DNA of 64,000 nucleotides, taken from contig OZ024740.1 in the NCBI GenBank assembly GCA_964016885.1, positions 21,824,001 to 21,888,000 on the forward strand. The letters are read 5' to 3'. Each line of letters opens with the position of its first letter. Within the stretch, counting starts at the first letter, position 1. Of this stretch, positions 25,735 to 40,494 are shown one piece after another. A program made the translations under genes and the position numbers. This stretch comes from Eledone cirrhosa. Taxonomy: Eukaryota. The notes beneath the pieces are model-generated. The model was not told where the DNA came from, ran no database searches, and saw only the letters and a program-made list of their open reading frames with translations.

Positions 25735-28700
25735 TACACTAGAGCCGACCTCTACACCACCACCACCACCAGAGCCTACCTCTACACCACCACCACCACC
25801 ACCAGAGCCTACCTCTCCACCACCACCACCACCACCAGAGCCTACCTCTACACCACCACCACCACCACCAGAGCCTACCTCTAAACCACCACCACCAGAG
25901 CCTACCTCTACACCACCACCACCACCACCAGAGCCTACCTTTCCACCACCACCACCAGAGTCTACCTCTAAACCACCACCACCACCAGAGCCTACCTCTC
26001 CACCACCACCACCACCACCAGAGCCTACCTCTCCACCACCACCACCAGAGCCTACCTCTACACCACCACCACCACCAGAGCCTACCTCTAAACCACCACC
26101 ACCACCAGAGCCTACCTCTCCACCACCACCACCAGAGCCTACCTCTACACCACCACCACCACCAGAGCCTACCTCTAAACCACCACCACCACCACCAGAG
26201 CCTACCTCTACACCACCACCACCACCAGAGACTACCTCTAAACCACCACCACCACCAGAGCCTACCTCTCCACCACCACCACCAGAGCCTACCTCTACAC
26301 CACCACCACCACCAGAGCCTACCTCTAAACCACCACCACCACCACCAGAGCCTACCTCTAAACCACCACCACCACCAGAGCCTACCTCTAAACCACCACC
26401 ACCACCAGAGCCTACCTCTAAACCACCACCACCACCAGAGCCTACCTCTAAACCACCACCACCACCACCAGAGCCTACCTCTAAACCACCACCACCACCA
26501 GAGCCTACCTCTAAACCACCACCACCACCACCAGAGCCTACCTCTACACCACCACCACCACCACCACCAGAGCCTACCTCTCCACCACCACCACCAGAGC
26601 CTACCTCTAAACCACCACCACCACCAGAGCCTACCTCTAAACCACCACCACCACCAGAGCCTACCTCTAAACCACCACCACCACCAGAGCCTACCTCTAA
26701 ACCACCACCACCACCACCAGAGCCTACCTCTAAACCACCACCACCACCAGAGCCTACCTCTAAACCACCACCACCACCAGAGCCTACCTCTAAACCACCA
26801 CCACCACCACCAGAGCCTACCTCTAAACCACCACCACCACCAGAGCCTACCTCTAAACCACCACCACCACCAGAGCCTACCTCTAAACCACCACCACCAC
26901 CACCAGAGCCTACCTCTACACCACCACCACCACCACCACCAGAGCCTACCTCTCCACCACCACCACCAGAGCCTACCTCTAAACCACCACCACCACCAGA
27001 GCCTACCTCTAAACCACCACCACCACCAGAGCCTACCTCTAAACCACCACCACCACCAGAGCCAACCTCTAAACCACCACCACCAGAGTCTACCTCTAAA
27101 CCACCACCACCACCAGAGCCTACCTCTAAACCACCACCACCACCACCAGAGCCTACCTCTACACCACCACCACCACCACCAGAGCCTACCTCTAAACCAC
27201 CACCACCACCACCAGAGCCTACCTCTAAACCACCACCACCACCACCAGAGCCTACCTCTAAACCACCACCACCACCAGAGCCTACCTCTAAACCACCACC
27301 ACCACCACCAGAGCCTACCTCTAAACCACCACCACCACCAGAGCCTACCTCTAAACCACCACCACCACCACCAGAGCCTACCTCTACACCACCACCACCA
27401 CCACCACCAGAGCCTACCTCTAAACCACCACCACCACCATCAAAGCCTACCTCTAAACCACCACCACCACCACCAGAGCCTACCTCTACACCACCACCAC
27501 CACCACCACCAGAGCCTACCTCTCCACCACCAGAGCCTACCTCTAAACCACCACCACCACCAGAGCCTACCTCTAAACCACCACCACCACCACCAGAGCC
27601 TACCTCTAAACCACCACCACCACCAGAGCCTACCTCTAAACCACCACCACCACCAGAGCCTACCTCTAAACCACCACCACCACCACCAGAGCCTACCTCT
27701 CCACCACCACCACCAGAGCCTACCTCTACACCACCACCACCACCACCAGAGCCTACCTCTAAACCACCACCACCACCACCAGAGCCTACCTCTCCACCAC
27801 CACCACCAGAGCCTACCTCTAAACCACCACCACCACCAGAGCCTACCTCTAAACCACCACCACCACCACCAGAGCCTACCTCTCCACCACCACCACCAGA
27901 GCCTACCTCTACACCACCACCACCACCACCAGAGCCTACCTCTAAACCACCACCACCACCAGAGCCTACCTCTAAACCACCACCACCACCACCAGAGCCT
28001 ACCTCTAAACCACCACCACCACCAGAGCCTACCTCTAAACCACCACCACCACCAGAGCCTACCTCTAAACCACCACCACCACCACCAGAGCCTACCTCTA
28101 CACCACCACCACCACCACCACCAGAGCCTACCTCTAAACCACCACCACCACCAGAGCCTACCTCTACACCACCACCACCACCACCAGAGCCTACCTCTCC
28201 ACCACCACCACCAGAGCCTACCTCTACACCACCACCACCACCAGAGCCTACCTCTACACCACCACCACCAGAGCCTACCTCTACACCACCACCACCACCA
28301 CCACTAGAGCCTACCTCTAAACCACCACCACCACCAGAGCCTACCTCTAAACCACCACCACCACCACCAGAGCCTACCTCTAAACCACCACCACCACCAG
28401 AGCCTACCTCTAAACCACCACCACCACCACCAGAGCCTACCTCTAAACCACCACCACCACCAGAGCCTACCTCTACACCACCACCACCACCACCAGAGCC
28501 TACCTCTAAACCACCACCACCACCAGAGCCTACCTCTAAACCACCACCACCACCACCAGAGCCTACCTCTCCACCACCACCACCAGAGCCTACCTCTAAA
28601 CCACCACCACCACCAGAGCCTACCTCTAAACCACCACCACCACCAGAGCCTACCTCTAAACCACCACCACCACCAGAGCCTACCTCTACACCACCACCAC

Positions 28701-30642
28701 CACCACCAGAGCCTACCTCTAAACCACCACCACCACAAGAGCCTACCTCTACACCACCACCACCACAACCAGAGCCTACCTCTAAACCACCACCACCACC
28801 ACCAGAGCCTACCTCTAAACCACCACCACCACCAGAGCCTACCTCTACACCACCACCACCACCAGAGCCTACCTCTACACCACCACCACCACCAGAGCCT
28901 ACCTCTAAACCACCACCACCACCAGAGCCTACCTCTAAACCACCACCACCACCACCAGAGCCTACCTCTAAACCACCACCACCACCACCACCAGAGCCTA
29001 CCTCTAAACCACCACCACCACCAGAGCCTACCTCTACACCACCACCACCACCAGAGCCTACCTCTAAACCACCACCACCAGAGCCTACCTCTAAACCACC
29101 ACCACCACCAGAGCCTACCTCTACACCACCACCACCACCAGAGCCTACCTCTACACCACCACCACCACCAGAGCCTACCTCTACACCACCACCACCACCA
29201 GAGCCTACCTCTAAACCACCACCACCACCAGAGCCTACCTCTAAACCACCACCACCACCAGAGCCTACCTCTAAACCACCACCACCACCAGAGCCTACCT
29301 CTAAACCACCACCACCACCAGAGCCTACCTCTAAACCACCACCACCACCAGAGCCTACCTCTACACCACCACCACCACCAGAGCCTACCTCTAAACCACC
29401 ACCACCAGAGCCTACCTCTAAACCACCACCACCACCAGAGCCTACCTCTACACCACCACCACCACCACCAGAGCCTACCTCTAAACCACCACCACCACCA
29501 GAGCCTACCTCTAAACCACCACCACCACCAGAGCCTACCTCTACACCACCACCACCACCAGAGCCTACCTCTAAACCACCACCACCAGAGCCTACCTCTA
29601 AACCACCACCACCACCAGAGCCTACCTCTACACCACCACCACCACCACCAGAGCCTACCTCTAAACCACCACCACCACCAGAGCCTACCTCTAAACCACC
29701 ACCACCACCAGAGCCTACCTCTAAACCACCACCACCACCAGAGCCTACCTCTAAACCACCACCACCAGAGCCTACCTCTAAACCACCACCACCACCAGAG
29801 CCTACCTCTACACCACCACCACCACCACCAGAGCCTACCTCTAAACCACCACCACCAGAGCCTACCTCTAAACCACCACCACCACCAGAGCCTACCTCTA
29901 CACCACCACCACCACCACCAGAGCCTACCTCTAAACCACCACCACCACCACCACCAGAGCCTACCTCTCCACCACCACCACCAGAGCCTACCTCTAAACC
30001 ACCACCACCACCAGAGCCTACCTCTCCACCACCACCACCAGAGCCTACCTCTAAACCACCACCACCACCAGAGCCTACCTCTCCACCACCACCACCAGAG
30101 CCTACCTCTACACCACCACCACCACCAGAGCCTACCTCTACACCACCACCACCACCAGAGCCTACCTCTAAACCACCACCACCACCAGAGCCTACCTCTA
30201 AACCACCACCACCAGAGCCTACCTCTACACCACCACCACCACCACCAGAGCCTACCTCTAAACCACCACCACCACCACCACCAGAGCCTACCTCTCCACC
30301 ACCACCACCAGAGCCTACCTCTACACCACCACCACCACCAGAGCCTACCTCTAAACCACCACCACACCAGAGCCTACCTCTAAACCACCACCACCACCAC
30401 CAGAGCCTACCTCTCCACCACCACCACCAGAGCCTACCTCTACACCACCACCACCACCAGAGCCTACCTCTAAACCACCACCACCACCAGAGCCTACCTC
30501 TAAACCACCACCACCACCACCAGAGCCTACCTCTACACCACCACCACCACCAGAGCCTACCTCTACACCACCACCACCACCACCACCAGAGCCTACCTCT
30601 CCACCACCACCACCAGAGCCTACCTCTACACCACCACCACCA
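25735..30642. repeat. 4.9-kb minisatellite AGAGCCTACCTCT(AAA/ACA/-)(CCA)n, unit about 27-36 bp
   Basis: Constant 13-bp core with variable CCA tracts. Confidence 0.97.
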
Positions 30643-30928
30643 CACTTTCAATAAGTATCATACACTCCCTCCACTATTTCTGTAGTTATTATGATCATTA
30701 CCACTCCTACCACCACCACCACCACTCTCACATCTACTGGGGAGGGGGGGGGGGCATCTCCATCTCCACCACCATCATAATCATCACCACCATCGTAGAC
30801 ATCAGCAGTACCCCCACTGCTACCATTACATAATACTGTGTCAACCCTCCTTTTACACACCTACCAATCAAACCTCCATATTTCATATTTCTGCTTACAC
30901 ACACACACATACTTTATAACACACACAC

Positions 30929-30982
<54 letters not shown>

Positions 30983-31310
30983 CATACACATATGTTTGTA
31001 TAAACAAACATATGTGGTATCCTTTAATTAGCTGAATATATATTACATAATTATGTGTTTTTAATGCATGTGGGTGTTTATGTGTGTATGTGTGTATAGG
31101 TGTTTGTGTGTGTGTGTGTGTGTGTATGTGAGTCAGTATAGGTAGTTGCCTATATATATTTTACATAATTATGAGGGTTGGTATATATGTATGTGTGTGT
31201 AAGTGTAATAGTGAGTTTATGTAGGTGCCTATATATATATATTACATAATCATGTGGTTTTGTATGCATATATAAAGAAGGCATACCTGGAAAACTAAAA
31301 AGAAGGTATA

Positions 31311-31562
31311 TGTGGGTATGGTGTGGCGTGCGGTGGCCGGGGGGGGGGAGTGCTCGACCGGAAGGGGTCTTTGACCGGAAGGATGCTCGACCGGAAGGGC
31401 CAGGAGAGGGCCTCTCTCTAGTGGTGACCAGCATACGGTGAGGACGCGTTTTGGGCAGCTCCCGGTTTTAAGCAGTCGGACGCATGTGGAAGAGGAGTAC
31501 CTGCAGTGGAATTTAGCGGCGCCTGTGAAAAGCGGTAAGTGAGGTAGCTTTTTCTAACCACA
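31311..31562 (+). repeat. 5' LTR
   Basis: TGTGG...CCACA; direct repeat of 35227-35457 with two extra segments. Confidence 0.92.
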
Positions 31563-31627
31563 AGCTATTTCGGCAACTAAAAAAAAAAAAAAAAAAAGAA
31601 AACACTTGCCGCAAAACAAATCAGAAG

Positions 31628-32387
31628 ATGGCGACAAGACTACGGATGAACGAAGCTATCAGGCCATTCACCGGGGAAGGTGATGTTGTCGCTTGGCTGC
31701 GGAAGGTTCGGCTGGTCGCGGGCTTGCAGAAGATAGAAGACGTGGCCGGTCTCATTGCATTGTACCTCGAGGGCGACGCGTTGGTACTCTTCCTTGAGTT
31801 GGACGAGCACAGCCAAAGAGATGTGCAGAAGATTGAGAGGCGTCTGATGGATGCATTCGTCGAGGGACCGTTGGCGGCTTTTGCTAAGCTGGAGAGAATC
31901 AGGTGGAATGGTGAGCGCGTCGACATTTTCGCAGCGGAAATAAGGCGGTTGGCTATGTTGGCGGGCTACCAGGCAGAATGCGAACGCATGGTGCGGTTGG
32001 CGTTCATCAATGGATTTCCGGACGACATAGCGGTGAAACTGCAGCAAGTCCCGGGGTACAAGGAGATGGCAATGCGTTTACTGGTGGAACAAGCCCGGAT
32101 CATAGCGGAAGATGCCAAAAAGAGTGTCGCGGCGATAGCGACTACGGAGGCTCAGGACACCTGGCAGCGAAATGGTCAAAGGGAGGCAACCTCGGCACGC
32201 GGCCGTTCGCGAGAATTTAAGGGCCGCTGTTTTAGGTGTCAGGGCCCGCATATGGCTAGAGACTAGAGAGTCGAAGCCGGATATAATCTGCTACCGGTGT
32301 AAGCGACCAGGCCACATCGCTACTAACTGCGACCAGGGAAACGGTCCAAGGGGAACTACTGCGCCGGTAGTTGCCCCTTACGAGTAG
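31628..32387 (+). pseudogene. Gypsy gag, broken at ~32264
   Basis: PFTGEGDVVAWL capsid-like start; CFRCQGPHMARD then CYRCKRPGHIATNC in a shifted frame; G_GGA_AAC slippery heptamer at 32336-32342 leads into the pol frame. Confidence 0.85.
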
Positions 32388-35213
32388 CGGCGCTGCCGGT
32401 GGTGGAAGTCTTCGTGAGGGGGAAGCCACAGTGAGCCCGCGTGGATACGGGCTGTACAACGACACTGGTGACCGTGGGGGTGGCGCAGAGGTGGGGAGGG
32501 AAGAGCAGCGTAAGGGCAGTCGACGGCAGGAAAATTGAATGCCGAGGTCGCAGCGATATGGAAATAGCGGTACGGGGAAGGACGATAAGGCTTTCCGCCA
32601 TCGTGGTAGACAGTGTGGTGGATGGGATCGGCGTGGTTATGGGCATGGACGTGATTGGCCGTCTAGGGGGCGTCACGGTGAACAATGTTGGTGTGTTGTT
32701 TGGCGCCGCTGCATCGGTATGCGCTGTGAGTGCACGTCATGAGAACCAGAAGGCCCACGAGGGGCAATACCCCGCTTACACTGTACAGGACAAGGACTTC
32801 AAGGCCGTGTTTGATGGGCAGCGATGGGTTGTTGAGTGGTACTGGAAGGGAGAACCACCAACACTGAAGACCAAAGTGGGCTGCTATCAACACACATTGA
32901 AGGGAAACGCTAGGGGCGAGTTCGAGCGAGAAGTAGAGAGATGGATCGAAGAGGGCATACTGCTTCCCTGGAAGGAGGAGGTGAAGTGCGGAGTATTGCC
33001 GTTGATGGGGGTGGTGCAACCCACGAAGAGCAAGGTGAGGCCGGTGCTGGACTATCGAGAGCTGAACGAGCACGTGTCATGCCACACGGGTGGCGAGGTC
33101 ACGGATGTCTGTGGGGAAACCCTGCGTGAGTGGAGACGCATGACGGGGGGTTCAGCGATCGTGGATCTAAAGTCGGCTTACTTGCAGTTACATATAGATG
33201 AGAAGCTCTGGCGGTATCAGCTGGTCAGGTATAAGGGCCGGACATATTGCCTGACCAGGCTCGGTTTCGGGCTGAGCTCCGCACCGAAGATCATGGCGGC
33301 GGTCCTCAAGACCGCTCTGGGGAGGGCCGACAAGATAAAGAGGGCTACTAACTCCTACATTGACGACATCCTAGTGGACGAGTCGGTGGTGTCGACGGCG
33401 GAGGTCATGAGCCATTTGCAGAGGTATGGACTGACTGCGAAGCCATCAGAAGCATTGGAGGGAGGAGCCGCGCTGGGACTTAGGCTACGGCGAGATAAGA
33501 CGGGCGTTTTGGTGTTCCAGAGGGGAAACGAAGTTCCGGAACTGGGCCTAAGTATGAATAGGCGGGAGCTTTTCTCGGTGTGTGGAAAGCTGGTGGGTCA
33601 CTACCCGATCGCTGGGTGGCTCCGGACGGCATGCAGCTATGTCAAGAGACGAGCTGAAGGGGTGACTTGGAGTGACAGAGTGAGAGAGAGAACGGTGGCC
33701 ATGATGCAGGAGATCGTGGGGAGGGTGAAGGCCGACGACCCAGTGCGGGGATGCTGGTATGTTCCCAAATCACGGAGCGGGACCGTATGGTGCGATGCCA
33801 GCAGCATAGCGCTGGGTGTCATGTTGGAGATAGGAGGTGTTGAGGTCGAGGATGCAGCCTGGCTTAGAAAGAAGGACGACTGCAGCCACATCAATGTGAC
33901 CGAGCTGGACGCAGTGTTGAGAGGGGTGAACCTCACCCTGCGGTGGGGGCTGCGCACCATCGAGATACGCACCGACTCGGCTACCGTACTCGGATGGGTA
34001 AGATCAGTGCTCACCAGTGAGAAGAGAGTGCGAACGAGAGGCGCGGCGGAGATGCTGATAAAGCGCCGCCTGGGAACGTTAGGAGAGCTGGCCACCGAGT
34101 TCGACCTGAAGCTGAGCGTAGTGTTCGTGCCTTCAGAGAAAAATAGGGCGGACATCTTAACTAGAGTGAAGAAAGCCTGGATGGAAGCGCCGGAGGAGGT
34201 AGAGGATGAGATAGCTGCCGTGTGTCGGCTGACCGAGTTAGACCTGAAGGGGTTGCATGACATGCACCACATGGGGGTGGATAGGAGCCTGTTCCTAGCC
34301 AGGAGAATCGACTCGGACGTTAGCAGACACAGTGTTCGGGGGGTGGTTAGAGGCTGCATCCGATGTCAGTCCATTGATCCCGCCCCGGGTGTACACGAAA
34401 CGGGAAGCCTCCCGGTGGATCGCGACTGGAAGCGATTAGCGGTGGATGTGACGCACTACCGGCAGGGAACGTACCTCTCGATGGTCGACTGTGGACCAGG
34501 TCGAGTGGCGATATGGAGGGAGATGAAGACTGGAACGGCCGAGGAAATCGTGCGGACGTTGAGAGAGGTGTTCTTGGAGCGGGGCCCTGTGGATGAACTG
34601 CTGATGGACAACAGCGCAGCGTTCCGCTCGGAGGCACTGAGGGGGATGCTCGAGGGATGGAAGGTGGACCGTTTCTTCAGAGCGGCGCACAGGCCGAGCG
34701 GGAATGGAATCGTGGAGCGACACCACCGGACGATCAAGGCAATGGCGGAGTGGGGCCATATCTCACCAATGGAGGCAGTGTTCTGGTACAATATGTCCCC
34801 ATCGGGTTGGACAGGTCGAGGAATCGGTGCCACACAGAGCAGTATTCAAATACGAGTGGCGGCACCCGTGCACGCCACCACAACGGCCAGTGGGGAGAGA
34901 GAGTGCATTCGTGCAGGTGGGCGAAGAAGTCTGGGTTAAGCCCCCAGATGCACGGTGCACATCTCAATGGGGAAGGGGAACGGTGACGGCCGTAAATTTA
35001 AAGAACAATGTGTCCGTGGACGGGGTACCATGTCATGTCCTGGATGTAAGAAGAATCACTGTATCGACGGACTCCGAGGAAGAGGAAACCCAAGATGAGG
35101 TGAAAACCCAGAGCCCTGCCCCAATACTACGAAGATCGCAACGAAGTCGTAGACCACCGACCTGGACGGCAGACTTTCATATGCAGAGGGACGAGGGGGA
35201 AATTGATCCTTGA
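32336..35213 (+). pseudogene. Gypsy pol (protease, RT, RNase H, integrase); in-frame TGA before DTG and frameshift near 34800
   Basis: VDTG; LDYRELN, DLKSAYLQ, FGLSSAP, YIDD; WCDAS; H..HH..C..C, AVDVTH, MDNS, GIVERHHRTIK. Confidence 0.92.
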
Positions 35214-35226
35214 GATCAGGGGGGCG

Positions 35227-35457
35227 TGTGGGTATGGTGTGGCGTGCGGTGGCCGGGGGCGGGGGGGGGAGTGCTCGACCGGAAGGATGCTCGACCGGAA
35301 GGGCCAGGAGAGGGCCTCTCTCTAGTGGTGACCAGCATACGGTGAGTACGCATTTTGGGCAGCTCCCGGTTTTAAGCAGTCGGACGCACGTGGAAGAGGA
35401 GTACCTGCAGTGGAATTTAGCGGCGCCTGTGAAAAGCGATAGCTTTTTCTAACCACA
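35227..35457 (+). repeat. 3' LTR
   Basis: TGTGGGTATG...TAACCACA. Confidence 0.92.
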
Positions 35458-35479
35458 TCCATAAAGGAAGAAGCAGAAC

Positions 35480-35985
35480 AGAGGCTAAAAACTACAGACT
35501 GTTGCAGCCAATGAGACCCTCTCAAAGGAAACGTCAATAACAAGCGACGTGCACCAGGGAACCATCTTGGGCCAGTACTGTTTGTGGTGGCTCTCATACA
35601 CATGCCCTCTGTAATACAGGCAGTTTCCCTCACAAGCTATGCTGATGACATGAAAGTAGACAGGCAAATCAAGAAACTGTCTGATGTTTCTCTCTTACAA
35701 CAAGAGTTAGATGCCACAATATGCAATGTAATGCAGGTAAGTTTCAAGCCCTCTACTATCAACCCACAAACATAGGACTATTGCTCTCAGCTGTGATCGC
35801 CCCACAGTGTCAAACTAACTGCAGAACTTGAAGCAATCCAATGAAGCTACATTAAGAGGATTGCCTCAATGAAAAAGATGAGCTAGTGGGAGAGGAAAAA
35901 GCTAAAGCTTCATCCCCTGAAGCAAAGACAGTAGAGATACGCAGTGATATACGTATGGAAGATCCTGGAAGGATTAGCTGGATCT
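35480..35985 (+). mobile_element. Old CR1-like LINE RT fragment
   Basis: LGPVLFVVAL..LTSYADDMK..LQQELD and VIYVWKILEG remnants with many stops. Confidence 0.7.
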
Positions 35986-36167
35986 CTGGCAATATGCTTT
36001 AATGCAGAGGACCTGACGTCTCACAAGCACAAGCTGGGGCATATGTACAGTATGCCCTGGGGTATGCAGTATGCCTTGGGGTTTGGAAGGGCATCCAGCC
36101 ATAGAAAACCTGCCAGATACAGTCCTATACGAGTGAGACACGGTCACCCATTCAATCTTGCCTCAAG

Positions 36168-38250
36168 TGTAATAATGTAATAATAATAATAATGAAAATA
36201 TTGTGTAGTGCTCAGGTGCACTACAACTCATCAAAAAGTGTATGTATAGTACATAGGGTAATGTACAAACGTCAGGAAAATGAACAGTGCTGGAGGCATG
36301 ATATACACGTGTGCATGTGTATAGAAGGTGTACATCAGGTGTAGTTTTGGCGAATCTCGGGAAGCATGAGGGTTTTAAAGGATGCAGTGTCTCGGCAGCT
36401 AACAACTGACACAGGCAGTTTGTTCCATGCTTCAGCAACTTTAAGCGTGAAAATATGTTTCCGAAAGTCATGGTAGGTGTGTTGTTTTCTGATTTTGTAG
36501 GCATGTCCACGTGTGTTAGACACATGGAGATCAAAAAGGTGCTCAGGGTTGTTGTTGGCAAGATGGTTAATAACTTTGTGGGTGTTTACCAAGTCCATTG
36601 CCAGACGTCGGAGCTTCAATGAATCCATGCCCAGGGAAGCAAGGCGTTCAGAGTATGGTAGGTGTCTGATGGAGGGTATCCGCTTGGTTGCATGTCTCTG
36701 AACAGTTTCCAGGAGGTCAATGTTCTGAGCAAGATAGGGGTTCCAGACTGATGATGCAAATTCCAAGTGTGGTTGTACCATAGCTGTATACAGCTTTAAA
36801 TAGATGGCTGGAGAGCAGCTAACAAAGGTCTTGCTGAGTGATGCAAAGACACCCTCGGCCTTCTTGACAATCTTAGAGACATGCTTTGTCCAATGCAAAT
36901 CACTGCTGACAGTAATGCCCAGGTCACGGTCACAAGAGGACTTCTTGATATCAGTGTTGTGGAGGGAGTATGTGGACACTGGATTTTTCCTCCCAAAATG
37001 CATGGTGGTACACTTGTCCACAGCCAGCTTCAGTTGCCAGTCTGCGATCCATTGTTGCATTGTGTCCAGGTCTGATTGTAGGAAAGAGTTATAGATTTCA
37101 GGATCTGTCCTTTTGATTTCAAGGTACAGCTTGATGTCATCTGCATATTTCAGTACCGTGGCATTCTTTAAGTTGGCATCTATGTCATTAATATATGCCA
37201 CAAACAAAAGGGGACCAAGAACAGATTCCTGTGGTACACCAGATGACATCTCATATGGTGAAGAATGCTGTCCTAGAACCGTGACTACCTCTTTTCGGCT
37301 GAGATTGAAGGATTTCAACCAGTTAAAAAGATCATCTCTTACATCCATTGCAGAGAGTTTCGCCATAAGTCTTTTGTGTGGCACAGAATTGAAAGCCTTA
37401 GCGAAGTCAAGGTAAACAACATCCACCCATGAGCCGCTGTCAATGATCCGGGTAATGTCTTCAAGGAACTCGATAAGCTGATTACAGCAGCTGGAGTTAG
37501 GGATAAATCCAAACTGCGAGGGCCGGATGAGGCTGTGAGAGCTCCAGAAGTTCCAAAGTGTTTCTCTGACTCAGGATTCCATCAGTTTAGCAATACAGCT
37601 AGTAAGACTGACTGGACGATAGTTGACAGGTGACGTGCGGTCGCCCTTTTTGAACAGGGGAATGACACTGGCAGTTTTCCACTGCTCCGGAGTAGCACCA
37701 TTGTTGAGACAGTATTGAAAGAAGAAAGAAAGCTGGTGCAAAAGGAAGTACCCGCCACGTTTGAGAAGCAGGTATGTAACACCATCAAAACCAGGGGAGG
37801 CATAGTTGCGCTTATTCTTAAGGTGACGTCGCAACATTGCAGGTGTAAATTCCATAGTTGTTATGGAATTTGATGTTAGAGATGGTGGAGATGGTACATT
37901 CTGGTTTTCAACAGTAAAAATGCTTGCATAGCACTCAGCAATGAGTTCTACGTATTTTTTGGGATCGTCAGTGATCTGGCATGTGTGGGGGATTGCGAAG
38001 AGGACCAACTGGAGAGTGAGGTCTCTGCTTTGAATGAACATATTTCCAGAACACCTTATTGTCAGGATTGGTTGCTATGTACTGTTCAAATTGAAGCACT
38101 GCTTTTTTTGTCACTTGCTTGAGATGGTTGGAAGATTTATTCCGCTTTTTTCTGTTGGCATCTGATTTATGCAGTTTATATTCCCGCTCAGCGTTCCAAC
38201 GTTCTTTCCTGGCAAGTTGGACCACTGAAGTTTCCCAAATTGCACTTTTG
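36168..38250 (-). mobile_element. 5'-truncated CR1-clade LINE (RT region), disrupted
   Basis: PLFKKG..NYRPVSLTS, VYLDFAKAF, GVPQESVLGPLLF, YADD, NTRGH; (TTA)n tail near 36170-36195; splits an RTE 3' fragment (36080-36167 / 38251-38310). Confidence 0.9.
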
Positions 38251-39194
38251 GGGTGCCCCGTCTAACCCATGTTAGCCTGGAAGATAGATGTTAAATGATG
38301 ATGATGATCATCATCATCATTATCATCATTATCATCATGCATTACAGCATCTTCATTTAGCATGTAGATACATCTATGCACACACACCATATATATATAT
38401 GTATATATATATACAGTCAACAATTATCCATTGTCTAGCTAGTCACTTGACTCTTTCATTCACTCTACTTGTAATTAATTAACTCATAATCATCAATTAG
38501 TGATGAGATATACACAGATACACATATACACAGCCACACATACACATACACATATACACAGCCGCACAAACACATGCATAGCCACACTCACGCACAGCCA
38601 CATACACACACACACAGCCACACACTCACACACAGCCACACACACACGCACACAGCCACACACTCACACACACACATACACTCACACACACATAGCCACA
38701 CAACTAGCAGTAATTTTTCTTTACATAAGTATCAACTACAGTAGAGTCATCTGACTAGTAAATAGGTTCAGAAGAGATGGGCAGGGGTGGAAGTTACCAG
38801 AAGTATGTGTGTGGCTGTGTGTATGTATGTGTATGAGTGTGTGTATGTCAGTGGGGGTCAGTGAGAGCTTAGAGGAAGAAGCTAGGACAATTCACATTTC
38901 TCACAGCACAAATTCCTTTGCCTGGTTGAACTTTCACCTGAAGTATTTTCTCCTTACACCCTTGCCTCAAATAGTAGCACCTTCCTCTTACTACCTCTCA
39001 CACCCTTCCCTCTATATATATACTTGCCTTAAATTGTATCACCCTTCCTCTTTCTCCCTCTCTCTCTCTCATACTTGTGTATGTATGTCTGTATGCATTT
39101 GTAAGTACTCTGTGTATAGTATATGCATCTGCATATAAGTATATATATGTATGCACACACACACACATATATATATATATATACACCACCACCA

Positions 39195-39527
39195 CCCCCA
39201 CCCGATCCACACCACCCCGTTCTATGTAAAGTTATGTTGGTGCCGCGCCATCGAGGCCGAAACAAATGAGATCGTGTAGGTGTCACGACAAAAAAACACA
39301 CAGTCCACGCTGTAATGTGGCCGTGTAGGCAACACGGTAAAAACCTCCCAGACCCACACTGTAAATGTGGTTGGTGTTAGGAAGGGCATCCAACTGTAGA
39401 AAACCTGCCAGACAGTCCTATGCGAGCAAGACAATCACTCTTGCCTCAAGTGGGACTACCCCCGTCCAAACCCATGCAAGCGTGGAACACGGACGTTAAA
39501 CGTTGATGATGATGATGATGATGATGA
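39195..39527 (+). mobile_element. RTE 3'-end fragment
   Basis: gttaggaagggcatcc motif and (GAT)n tail; inverted near-copy at 40495-40810. Confidence 0.8.
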
Positions 39528-40049
39528 TATACACATGTGTGTGTGTATGTGTGTGAATCCATAGGCTTGTATGAGTGTGCGTGTGTGTGCTTGAGAGATC
39601 TGTAAGCGTTTGTGTATGGGTATGCAAGTGAGTGTTGTGTGAATCTATGTATGTATGTGTGTTTGTGTAAATATATGTATGTATGGTATGTATGCTGATC
39701 CACTAGACCTATAATCAATAATGTTCCAACCATGACCATCCTGTCTTTTTATTGACAAGGTCTATCTAGTATTACATTACCTAGGATCCTCCTCTCTTCA
39801 TTTTTTAAGGACAGTAAAGGATGATTTGAAGGAGTTTTGACTGCTATTCACAGCAAGTCCAATAACCATATTGATGACCCCCCACTGGCTAACATGTAGG
39901 GGTTTGTTGAGGTCAACATTCCAGCCATAACCCTACTGGTAGTGGTTGGGGGGAGGTATATCTAGGGTATTGCCATATAATTGCCATATATCACAGTAGA
40001 TTTAATCCATCACCCAGTTTAAGCAGGTGTGGAGGAGAGCTTCTTATTA

Positions 40050-40272
40050 CAAAGTCTTGGATGGTCTGCCAGAACACTTTATTTGCTGGTCTGAAGTCAG
40101 ATTCCAGACTTTGAGCAAGATGGTTGGATAACATCCATGAGTTTGGCTGGTCTTGCTTGGAGATCCAGCTGGATCAGTTGGAGACTGTTGCTTCTGACAA
40201 GAGCTGCTGGAAGGAGTATTTGAGCACTCTGCCACCACGACCCACTCAGGAATAAGTGGGCGAAGAAGAAGA
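40050..40272 (+). mobile_element. Decayed LINE ORF C-terminus (RTE-like)
   Basis: Translates as ARWLDNI..LDQLETVASDKSCWKEYLSTL, followed by a short (GAA)n tail. Confidence 0.5.
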
Positions 40273-40364
40273 AATCCCAGTTTAACACCACATGACCCTT
40301 GGATGTTTTTAGTAGAATTCACTCAGTTGCAAGAATGTTGACTAGGTCTCCAGTTTAAGGATAC

Positions 40365-40400
40365 CTTCCTCTTTTATAGGTTTGGGGTAGTGCCTCTCAA
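40365..40400 (-). CDS. Tentative 36-nt phase 1-1 exon of the Dab-like gene (xERHYPKPIKEEx)
   Basis: ttttcatttattgtttag acceptor and AG|GTATCC donor; phase-compatible with 41293-41398; no homology support. Confidence 0.3.
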
Positions 40401-40494
40401 CTAAACAATAAATGAAAATGTGCTCTTGCCTTTTTAAACCCTTTTGTTACCATATTTTTAATGAAAAATACTGCCAATGTTGAAATATACTGTA

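Larger units (their letters stand above)
31311..35457 (+). mobile_element. Ty3/Gypsy LTR retrotransposon, 4.15 kb, defective
   Basis: Two TG..CA LTRs, gag with two Zn knuckles, PR-RT-RH-INT order, purine tract AGGGGGGCG before the 3' LTR. Confidence 0.95.

Noticed and set aside
25690-30651. 1653-aa Gly-rich (GGGGGLEVGS)n structural protein
   Set aside because: Frame openness follows from CCA-based length variation; codons are uniform, the frame shifts near 30365, and there is no signal peptide or unique domain.
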